The translations under genes and the position numbers were made by a program. Under the pieces are notes generated by a model. The model was not told where the DNA came from. It saw only the letters and a program-made list of their open reading frames with translations, and ran no database searches. From Chrysomallon squamiferum (lineage: Eukaryota; Animalia; Mollusca), in NCBI GenBank assembly GCA_012295275.1, contig CM022679.1, positions 16,864,001-16,928,000 on the forward strand: 64,000 nucleotides of DNA, in the 5' to 3' direction. Of the stretch, positions 29,701 to 41,700 are shown piece by piece; position 1 is the stretch's first letter; the number at the start of each line of letters is the position of its first letter.

Positions 29701-32700
29701 GCTGGTATGTTTTAGACTCTGGTAGTGACACTGTTTGTGACTGGTATGTTTTAGACTCTGGTAGTGACACTGTTTGTGACTGGTATGTTTTAGATTCTGG
29801 TAGTGACACTATTTGTGACTGATTTGTTTTAGATTCTGATAGTGACACTGTCTGTAACTGGTAAGTAGAATCGGTAAATGATGGATATTCTAGCATAGAT
29901 GGTGTCTTTGACAAATGTATTTCAGATTTTAACTCTGACAAAGAATACGAAGGGTAAGAAGAACTGAAGGTAGGTTCAAACTGCTGTGATGTTAAAAAAC
30001 TTGATGTTGATTCTGTTTGCTCAAAGGAAGATAACATCAGGAAATTTTCAGTTTCTGGAATAATAATATTAATAATTATAAAGACACTGATACAAATTTT
30101 TTTAAATTACCTGAGAGAGAATTGATAAAACGATTTTTTTTTTTTTTTTTTTTTTATCTGAATACTGTTGAGGAAAAGTCATTTTACATAAACTGTCTAG
30201 TTTCTACTCTTGAAATACTACGTTTGAGATTAGATCAAATTAATAATAAGTTTGTTTCACATTTGTACAAGTCAACTGACCTATTTGCTATTAAATACAT
30301 AAGTAAATATGTATACTTCCTGAAAATTTTGGAACATATGTTATTTTTTTATTTTTATTTTTTTTAGGTAAATATTGGTAGTATTATATTTATGTATTTT
30401 CATCTCAGTGACTGTCAATAAACTCTGCATGTTGGATACTGTTATGTAATCAGTATCTTACATACCTGTTTGTGACACTGACTGGTTAGCACATGTAGAC
30501 AGAGATGCTTCACACAACACTGGTTGAACATGAGATGAAACAGTGAAGAAAGAAGATTCAAGTTCAGTGGTAACAACAACGGCTACAACACTGCCAAACA
30601 CATTATTATGTGATGAAACCAAATCAAAAGATGCTGAGATGGAACTGCTCCTCATTTCATTTTCATTTTCTTCAGTGGATGTAGCAAGTCCTAGAGAAGA
30701 AGACGCACGAGTATTATAAGATAACACAGTTAATGATGGCAGTTTCTCAGGATTAGCTGTCATCTGGTCCTTTATACTAGATGATGAAAACTCTGTTTCA
30801 AATGAAACGACAGTCTGATTTACTTCATCTAAAACTGATGATGGTTTTAACTCAGATGGTAACAGTTGACTGTCTGAACTGTGGAGAAGAACAGTGCTTT
30901 CATCAACAACTGTAGAAGTGGGGTTTAATTGCAAAGATAACAGTCTGGAATCAGATGAATATGGCTGGCTTATTGTTTGATCAGTCAAATAAGGCAAAGA
31001 TGTACTTGTGTTGACAGTGTTAAATGTAGTAATGGTTTGATCATGTTGGTGGTCTAGAGACATCAAAGATCCAGATTGCAGAGGTGCAGATATACTACTA
31101 CTGACAGTAGTATGTAACGACTGTCCATCCAACAGATATGTTAAGACACTGGTGTCTAATCCAGCTATGACAGTATGAAGTGATATAGATTGCTGAGACA
31201 GAGATACTGAGTCAGAAACATCATCTGCAGTGTTTGAAGATGGTGATTCTAGTATATTCGTCAATACACTACTGTCTAGGTTGGCTGCCATAATAACAGT
31301 GTGAAATTCAGATGTCTCAATCTGATAGAGTGATGATTTGTCATGACTCAAAATGGCTGATGATTTCAGTATACTGAGGTTGTGATCTGAAACAGTTTCT
31401 AGAACAGGGATGTTGTTTTGCGTTTCTGTAACATCAATTGTCAGTATACTTTTGTCAAAGACTGAAATTAAATAGACATAAGAATATTAGTTTGATCTTG
31501 TCGTTATTTTAACTTTTTCTACTACTACTACTACTACTACTAATACTAATACTAATACTAATACTAGTAATAGTACTAGCAGTAAAACTACTACAGGTTG
31601 AGAATCTTTATCTGAAATGCTTGAGACTGGATGTATTTTGGATTTTGGAATATAAGAAGACAGCATTAGAATAGAATCAATGTATAAATATGAATTCCAT
31701 TTATTTTTTATATTACAGCTTATTGCAATAATCAGCAAGATTTTTAAAATAATAGTTTTGTGCATAAAATATGGTTTGCATGTGCACAAAAGTTCAAAAA
31801 CTGTAAGATATTATTTCTGCTGCTTGGAAAAGGTTTCAGATTTAAGAGCTTTACAGATTTTGGAATTTCGGATAAGGGATCGTCAACCTGTATTACAATA
31901 AATTCTGTTACTATTATTATTGCTATGTGTTTTTTATTTATTTTACACAACTATGAAAGCAATAATGATGCTAATTTATTATTATGAATAATAAGTTATT
32001 CAAATCTAAGACAAATATAACACTGAGAACATGGGAGGTGTTAGAAAAGTTATGTTAGAACTTACAAGTAAATGAAATGTCGATGGTAAACTCAGGACTG
32101 TCAATCACTTGATAGCCATTGTTGAACTTTGTTTTAATGTCCTCTTCCATTTGAGGTAAATTTATAAAAACAACTGAGAATTCCACAACGACACTGCCTT
32201 GGCTGTAAAAACAATGAAGGAGGAAAAATATATACATATAGATAAAATCTACATCCTGTAATGATAATAACATCTACAGCAACAACAACAACAACAACAA
32301 TAATAAATAAATAAATTGTGTAAAATATAATAATAATTGATTATTAATGTATAGTTTTCTACAGACAAGAAGGGACCTGCAGTGCTATAATCCTTAAAAT
32401 GGAACAAACCTTTCCAGAAAACACAGGTGAGAAAAATCAGTGAACAGTTGAACTTTTAATAAATACTATAATACAAACACAGTAAATAATTAGGAGTCAC
32501 TCTTCCACATTTATTATTAACAGATCAGTTTGTTTTATTTCTTTTACTCATTTAATAAGAAAATTTAGATTTTTCACATGAATATGCATACAGCATACTC
32601 AAGACTCAGTAATGTTTATTTCCTAGAAAAACCAGGAGCTGCTATTTTTATAAGCAGTCTTCAAGGATTCGTGATTGATTGTTAATTCTTGTGAAAAAAG

Positions 32701-35700
32701 ATGTTATGGTGTGTCACTACAGCTTACCTGAATCCATTAATGACAATGTGGTCTATGTACTGAGATAAATTTGCATTTTCAAATATTTTCTGGATCTAGA
32801 AAATACAGACACAATATTTAAAATAATAATAAATACAAAAAAAATTAAATACAGAATCAGAAATTAATTTGCCACCTAAAATTCATTTGAGAATATACAA
32901 AAAAATGTAGATTTATGAAAAATTAATTCTTAAGCCATTTTTATTATTTGTTAATAATCTAAACTGTTTCAAAGCATAATGGTATTATAAAATAAATAAA
33001 TAAATAAATAAATTTAGTTAACAATATTTTTGATATATGGTGGCATGTATATGGATAAAAAGAATGAAGACAATCACTTTTAACTCTGCAATGTTTCTAT
33101 AAATGTACTAACAAAGTCTTTAGAGATTTAAAAACTCAGCATCAATACAGTGTAAACTACTTACAAAAGCAAGTATTTTCAGTTTGACTGCTTCATATTC
33201 TGAAGATGTTTTATCTGACAGCTCTGTTGTCCAAGCCAGGTCAGTGACCTTCACAGTTCCAATGTATGTTGAAATGCTATTTTTATCAGATGTTTGAACA
33301 ATGGAACTGTAAGATATTTGTGAAGGTAGTGTAGTTACCTTTTCTTCAAACTAAAGAACAAACAAAAAAGTGCATAATTATAAACATGGGTGGTTCCAGG
33401 TAAGATATCTTTTGTTATTCATCATATTGATGGATTGAATTTGAAAGCCCCATAATTAGAACCACATTTTTGTTAAGAAATAATTACAACAACAACACAA
33501 ATAAACAACAATAATTACAAAAGCAACAGAATATTATAACTACTACAAAATAACATAATGACAACTTACAGCAAGGCTGAAAGAAATGACACTGGAGCCA
33601 GTGGAGATTTTTACCAGTGAAGTAGCCTTAGGAATGATGTCTGATAACTGTACAGTATTCTCACTCATCATCAGAAATTCCGAGTCTGAAATTATCTTTG
33701 TTCCTAACACTGATGCTATGGTTTCTAGTGTCACTGTATCTGATGTCACTGAATCTGGTGTTATTGTATTTGATGTCACTGCATCTGGTGTTATTGTATT
33801 TGATACCATTATATCTGGTGTTATTGTATCTGATGACATAGTATCTGATGACATAGTATCTGGTGTTATTGCATTTGATGTCACTGCATCTGATGATATT
33901 GTATTTGATATCATTGCAGCTGGTGTTATTGTATTTGATGTTATTGTATCTGATGTCACTGCATCTGGTGTTATTGTATCTGATGTCACTGCATCTGATG
34001 TTATTGTATTTGATACCATTGTATCTGGTGTTATTGTATCTGATATCACTGCATCTGGTGTTACTGTATTTGATACCATTGTATCTGGTATAATTGAATC
34101 TGATGTTATTCTATCTGATGTCATTGCATCTGGTGTTATTGTACCTGATATTATTGCATCTGGTATTATTGTATCTTTCGTCATTGTAACTGGTGTAATT
34201 GTATCTGATGCTATTGTACCTGATGTCATTGCATCTGATGTTATTGTATTTGATGTCATTGAATCTGGTGTTATTGTACCTGATATCATTGCATCTGGTG
34301 TTATTGTATCTTTTGTCATTGTATCTGGTGTTACCATATCTGATGTCATTGCATCTGGTGTTATTGTATCTTTTGTCATTGTATCTGATGTCATTGTATC
34401 TGGTGTTATTGTATCTTTTGTCATAGTATCTGATGTCATTGTATATGATGTTATTGTATCTGGTGTTATTGTATCTTTTGTCACTGTATCTGATGTCATT
34501 GTGTATGATGCTATTGTATTTGATGCCACTGCATCTGTTGTTATTGTATCTTTTGTCATTGTATCTGATGGCATTGTATTTGATGTTATTGTAACTGATG
34601 TCATTGCATCTGGTGTTATTGTACCTGATATCACAGCATCTGGTGTTATTGTATCTGGTGTTATTTTATCTTTTGTCATTGTATCTGGTGTAATTGTATA
34701 TGATATTACCGTATCTGATGTCATTGAATCTGGTGTTATTGTATGTGATGTCATTGCGTCTGGTGTTATTGTATCTTTTGTCATTGTATCTGGTGTTATT
34801 GTATCTTTTGTCATTGTATCTGGTGTTATTGTATCTGGTGTAATTGTATCTGATGTCATTGCATCTGATGTTATTGTATTTGATGTCATTGCATCTGGTG
34901 TTATTGTATTTGATGTCATTGTATCTGATGTTATTGTACCTGATATCACTGCATCTGGTGTTATTGTATCTTTTGTCATTGTATCTGGTGTTATTGTATA
35001 TTTTGTCATTGTATCTGGTGTTATTGTATCTTTTGTCATTGTATTTGGTGTAAGTGTATCTGGTGTTATTGTATCTGATGTCACTGCATCTGGTGTTATT
35101 GTATCTGATATCATTGTAGCTGATGTTATTGTATGTGATGTAATTGTATCTGGAGTTACTGTATCTGATGTCATTCTGTCTGATGTTGTATCTGAGGTTA
35201 TTGCATTCGATTTAATTGTTTCTGGTGTTATTGTATCTGGAGTTATTGTATGTGATTTTATTATATCCAGTGTTAAAGTATGTGTTATTACTGTATCTGG
35301 TGTTTTTGTTTCTGATGTTATTGTAGCTGACATCATTGTATTTGATGTTACTGTAACTGATATCATTGTATCCGATGTTATTGTATCTGTTACCCTATCT
35401 GATGTCATTGTATCCGATGTCACTGCATCTGGTGTTATTGTATCTGATATCATTGTATCTGATTTCATAGTATCTGGTGTTATTGTATTTGATGTTATTG
35501 TATCTGATGCCACTGCATCTGGTGTTATTGTATTTGATGTCATTGTATCTGATGGCATTGTATTTGATGTTATTGTATCTGATGTCTCTGCATCTGGTGT
35601 TATGGTATCCGAAGCTATTGTATCTGATGACATAGTATCTGGTGTTATTCTATTTGGTGTTACTGTATCTGATGCCACTGCATCTGGTGTTATTGTATCT

Positions 35701-38700
35701 GATGTCACTGCTTCTGGTGTTATTGTATCTGGTATCATTGTAGCTGATGTTATTGTATCCGACCTTATGCTATCTGATGTCACTGCATCTGGTGTTATTG
35801 TATTTGATGTCATTGTATCTGGTGTTATTGTATTTGATATCATTGCATCTGGTGTTATTGTATTTGATGTCACTGCATCTGATGTTATTGTACTTGATAT
35901 CACAGCATCTGGTGTTATTGTATCTTTTGTCATTGTATCTGGTGTTATTGTATCTTTTGTCATTGTATCTGGTGTTATTGTATCTTTTGTCATTCTATCT
36001 GGTGTTACTGTATCTTTTGTCATTGTATCTGGTGTTATTGTATCTGGTGAAATTGTATCTGATGTTATTGTATCTGATGTCATTGCATCTGATGTTATTC
36101 TGTTTGATGTCACTGCATTTGGTATTATTGTATTTGATGTCATTGTATCTGGTGTTATTGTATCTTTTGTCATTGTATTTGATGTTATTGTATGTGATGT
36201 CACTGCATCTGGTGTTACTGTATCTGATATCATTGTAGCTGATGTTATTGTAGTTGATGTTATTGTATCTGATGTCATAGTATCTGGTGTTATTGTATTT
36301 GATGTTATTGTATCTGATGGTACTGCATCTAATGGTATTGTATCTGAAGGCATTGCATCTGGTGTTATTGTATTTGATGTTATTGTATCTGATGGCATTG
36401 TAGTTGATGTTATTATATCTGATGTCACTGCATCTGGTGTTATTGTATCTGATATCATTGTATCTGATGTCATAGTATCTGGTGTTATTGTATTTGATGT
36501 TATTGTATCTGATGCCACGGAATCTGGTGTTATTGTATTTGATGTCATTGTATCTGATGGCATTGTATTTGATGTTATTGTATCTGGAGTTACTGTATCT
36601 GATGTCATTGTGTCTGATGTTATTGTATCTGAGGTTATTGCATTTGATTTAATTGTTTCTGGTGTTATTGTATCTGGAGTTATTGTATGTGATGTTATTA
36701 TATCCAGTGTTAAAGTATGTGTCATTACCGTTTTTGTTTCTGATGTTATTGTTTCTGTCATCATTGTATTTGATGTTATTGTAACTGATATCAATGTATC
36801 CGATGTTCTTGTATCTGTTACTGTATCTGATGTCATTGTATTTGATGTTATTGTATCTGATGTTACTGCATCTGGTGTTATTGTATTTGATGTTATTGTA
36901 TCTGATTTTATTGTAGTTGATGTTATTGTATCCGATGTCACTGCATCTGGTGTTATTGTGTCTGATATCATTGTATCTGGTGTTATTGTATCTGATTTCA
37001 TAGTATCTGGTGTTATTGTAGTTGATGTTATTGTATCTGATGCCATTGCATCAGGTGTTATTGTATCTGATGTTATTGTATCTGATGTCATTGTATCTGA
37101 TGTTATTGTATCTGATGTCTCTGCATCTGGTGTTATTGTATCTAATGTTATGGTGTCCGAAGTTATTGTATCTGATGACATAGTATCTGGTGTTATTCTA
37201 TTTGATGTTATTGTATCTGATGTCACTGCTTCTGGTGTTATTGTATTTGATGTTATTGTATCTGATGTCACTGCTTCTGGTGTTATTGTATTTGATGTTA
37301 TTGTATCTGATGTCACTGCTTCTGGTGTTATTGTATTTGATGTTATTGTATCTGTCACTGCTTCTGGAGTTACTATATCGGATGTCATTGTGTCTGATGT
37401 TATTGTTTCTGGTGTTATTGTATTTGATGTTATTGTATCTGATGTCACTGCTTCTGGTGTTATTGTATTTGATGTTATTGTATCTGATGTCACTGCTTCT
37501 GGTGTTATTGTATTTGATGTTATTGTATCTGATGTCACTGCTTCTGGTGTTATTGTATTTGATGTTATTGTATCTGTCACTGCTTCTGGAGTTACTATAT
37601 CGGATGTCATTGTGTCTGATGTTATTGTTTCTGGTGTTATTGTATCTGGAGTTATTGTATGTGATGTTATTATGTCCAGTGTTAATGTATGTGTTATTAC
37701 TGTATTTGATGTTTTTATTTCTGATATTATTGTATCTGACATCATTGTATTTGATGTTATTGTAACCGATATCATTGTATCCGTTGTTATTGTATCTTGT
37801 ACTGTATCTGATGTCAGTGTATTTGATGTTATTGTATCTGATGGTACTGCATCTAATGGTATTGTATCTGAAGCCATTGCATCTGGTGTTATTGTATTTG
37901 AAGTTATTGTATCTGATGTCTTTGTAGTTGATGTTATTATATGTGATGTCACTGCATCTGGTGTTATTGTATCTGATATCTTTGTATCTGATGTTATTGT
38001 ATCTGATGTCATAGTATCTGGTGTTATTGTATTTGATGTTATTGTATCTGATGCCACTGAATCTGGTGTTATTGTATTTGATGTCATTGTATCTGATGGC
38101 ATTGTATTTGATGTTATTGTATCTGATGTCACTGCATCTGGTGTTATTGTATCTAATGTTATGGTATCCGAAGCTATTGTATCTGATGACATTGTATGTG
38201 GAGTTATTGTTTGTGATCTTACTGTATGTGATGAAATTGTATCTGATGTTATTGTATCTGATATTATTGTATCTGCTATCATTGTATCTCGTGTTATTGT
38301 ATCTGATTTCATTCCAGTATAAAGATCTAACAGTTCAGAACTCACAGCTAATACTAAAGATGCTTTGAGCTTTGACAATGAAGTAATTCCCATTGATGGT
38401 TCTATTTCCTGTGAACTTGTATCTTCTGTTTGGCTTTCTCCAAAACTTAGGGAGGTAAGAGATGTTTTAAATACAGATGAAGATATTACAGTTAATGATC
38501 TGTCTGTTGGTGCAGCTATTTCTGTTACTGGCAACAATAGTGTTTCAGATGGAAATGTTTCTGGTTTTGGTAATGATAATGTTTCAAATGTAACCATTTC
38601 AGTTGTTGGCAACAATAACATTCCAGATGTAACCATTTCTGCACCATTTGAAGTTTCTTGTTCTTGTGATGATTGTGTAGCTGATGAAGTAACTAGAGTA

Positions 38701-41700
38701 TCGAAACTTTCATCTTGAATTGAACTTTTTGACATCAATATATTTTCTAAATCAGATAATATTTCAGAGAATGAGGCAGTGATTGTAACTGCTGATGAAA
38801 TAGTATGTTTACTTGTTACATGTGCTTCAGTTGTAGTTGTTTCAAGCTCTGGTAGCTCTGGCATTGTTGTAATGTCCAGTTTTTGTACAGTCAGTAGTTC
38901 TGATTTACTTGTTAATTCTGAAGTTAATGGTGTCTTCAGTATTTCTAAAGATGTTAAATCTAATCTTTGTGATGTGAAGACGTCCTGCTCTAATTTAGAG
39001 GTTGTTGAAGAAAGTGTTTTCATTTCACTTTTTATTTCTGAGTTTTCCATGCTGCTTTCTGAATCTAATTTTGTTCTTGAGGTTATTACTAATTCTGAAG
39101 AAGATTGTTCTTCAAATTTAATGTTAGTATCTGAAGTCAAAGACGTTTCAAGTTTTAGCACTGAAGTTAGATCAGATGTATCCACTGACATTATAGTTGT
39201 TGTTACCAACCCCTCTAAATCTGGTCCCACAGTATTCTCTATATTGGATATTTCTGATTCCAGTGAAAATGTGTGGCTTGATGATGTTGTTGTAGAATGC
39301 TGTATTTCAAGTGAGCTTAAAGTTTCTTGGTCTAAAGTAGTTAACTGTGAAGACAAATCTACCGAACTTGGTAAAACATGCAGAGTTACAGAAATATCCT
39401 GTTTTAAGGCTGAGATTAAATCTGATGGCATTGGTTCTGAATTAACATTATTTTCTGAAATTAACATTTCCAATTTACTTGTAGTTTCAGTTTCTAATGA
39501 AGAATGTAATTTAGAAGTAGAAGTTATTTCTGAAGAAATCAGTGTTGAATTCACAGGTTCTTGTGAAATTATTTGTTTTTCTTCTTTTAGCATAGAGCTT
39601 TCAACTGAAGATGTCACTATAGAACTCCTTATACTCTGTGAACCTGATTGTTCACCCTGAAATGTAACTGCTGAGTCTGATAATGATGCCAGTTCAAACT
39701 CAAAATATGAGGACGTTATTACAAAACTTTCCATTGTTTTTGAATCTGATTGGCTTGGTCTGCCATTTACTTCCAAGCCTGACAATGTTTCTGTTTCCAT
39801 CACAGAAGTTAATTCTTTTGAACTTAACAGTTCTTGCACACCTACATATTCACTAGCACTTGCTATGTCTGAAGTATCCAGTTGTAATGAAAAGGTTTCA
39901 TCTGTTGAAGATATTTCTAATGAACTTAACTCTATTGATCTGCTACTTATGTCTAAATTTGACAAATTCTCTGATTGAGAACTCATTTGTTTCTTAATGC
40001 TTTCTTCTCTTGTGTCTAACAAAGAGCTTGATTGTGAAATTTTCAGTTCTTGAGAAGAGGTTAACAGGGATGATATTGTTGCCAAGCTTTTTGGGGTCCA
40101 TTCATGTAATGTGGAAGATGACAAACTAGCCACTTCCAGCTCAGATGAAATTACTGCTGAATTCTGCAAATGTGGTTCTAAAGAAAAAATGAAATCTGAT
40201 GAAGTTATTACTGACTGCATTTTTATGCTTCCTTCTGATGAATCCAGTTCTACTGAAGAGATTAAGTCAGATAAGTGTCCTGTTGATTCTGAGTAAGAAG
40301 CTGAATCTAACAAAGTTATTACTGACTGCATTTTTATGCTTCCTTCTGATGAATCCAGTTCTACTGAAGAGATTAAGTCAGATAAGTGTCCTGTTGATTC
40401 TGAGTAAGAAGTTGAATCTAATGAAGTTATTACTGACTGCATTTTTATGCTTCCTTCTGATGAATCCAGTTCTACAGAAGAGGTTAAGTCAGATGAAACG
40501 CCTGTTGATTCTGAGTAAGAAGCTGAATCTAAAGAAGTTATTACTGTCTGCATTTTTATTTTTCCTTCTGAGGACTGCAGTTCTACAGAAGAGGTTAAGT
40601 CAGATGAAGGTCCTGTTGGTTCTACATCAGAAGTTGAATCTAATGATTTCAGTTTGCTACTTCCTATCGAGGACTCCATTTCTAATGAAGATGATACATG
40701 GGACAGGATCCCTGTTGAGCTCACTGTTACTTCTGAGGTTGAAATCATGTCCATTTGTTTGGTAGATAATATGTCTGTTGTTTTCTCTAGTGATGTTACT
40801 TGATTCTTACTGTTAGATAGCTTTGGTATTTCTGAACTAACTGAAGTTTCAGATAATTGTATGTCTGCTTTGGATGACAACATCAGGATGTCAGATGATG
40901 TTGATTCTTCAGAAATAAAGATATTTGTAACTGCAGTTGATGTAACTGTGTTCTCTCCAGGCTCTGTTGGGTCTATTACAGATGTCACATTCTGATTGTC
41001 TACACTTTCTGAAAACATTCAAGAAGAGAATACATTTTTCAACAGTTAAAATAATATTCTTTATTAAAATCTTGTCTGTGACTGTTTATCTAATGTACAT
41101 GTTTATTATTTAATCATAAATCTATACTGTTGATAAATACAATTACAAATAATTAAAATATTTTTAGTTAAACTATAGGCATTATACAGGCAAATGAAAA
41201 TGCTTTAGTTTATTCACTTGTATTTTCAAACTTTTTAGTTAACTTTCTTTAAACCATCTGCATGAGCATAGAAATAAACAAAATAAAATTTAAATTTAAT
41301 TAAGAATATAAATGGTTACCATAGAAATGTGTTTCATTTATTTCCAGAGTAAAATTAAAATCAACGTTGTTGAGTGCTGACAGGAATGCTGCTGTCAAGA
41401 TGTCACTGTTGATGTCAGAGATGCTGCTGTTTGAAGAATTGTCACTGGGATCTTTGAGAAAAACTGTGAAGTCCACCTTCACGCTGCCTGCACTGAAAGT
41501 GTAACACACTCCGTTGTTAACACAGCCAGAAAATAGACAGACAGATTGCTAAACAGAGAGACATGGATAGATACATGAACAGATAGATAGAAAGTTTAAC
41601 AAACTCTGTCCAAAGACCAGTAGAATCTAATGAGAGATACAGAAAAATATCACAGAGAGTTTAGTGTTATTCTACATGTAAAACATTTAGAGATCTTTCC

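Noticed and set aside
25140-29870. CRISPR-like regular repeat array
   Set aside because: Head-to-tail units with no unique spacers, inside a eukaryotic coding exon, and no cas genes.
31487-31950. Possible extra exons between polycystin exons 8 and 9
   Set aside because: The best acceptor (cag|GTTGAC near 31887) gives an immediate stop in the required phase; exon 8 splices cleanly to 31461.
33586-38322. 1578-aa plus-strand ORF ([10 protein letters not shown] repeats)
   Set aside because: Antisense shadow of the 15-bp coding repeat; the unit lacks stops in that frame and the ORF has no splice or domain support.
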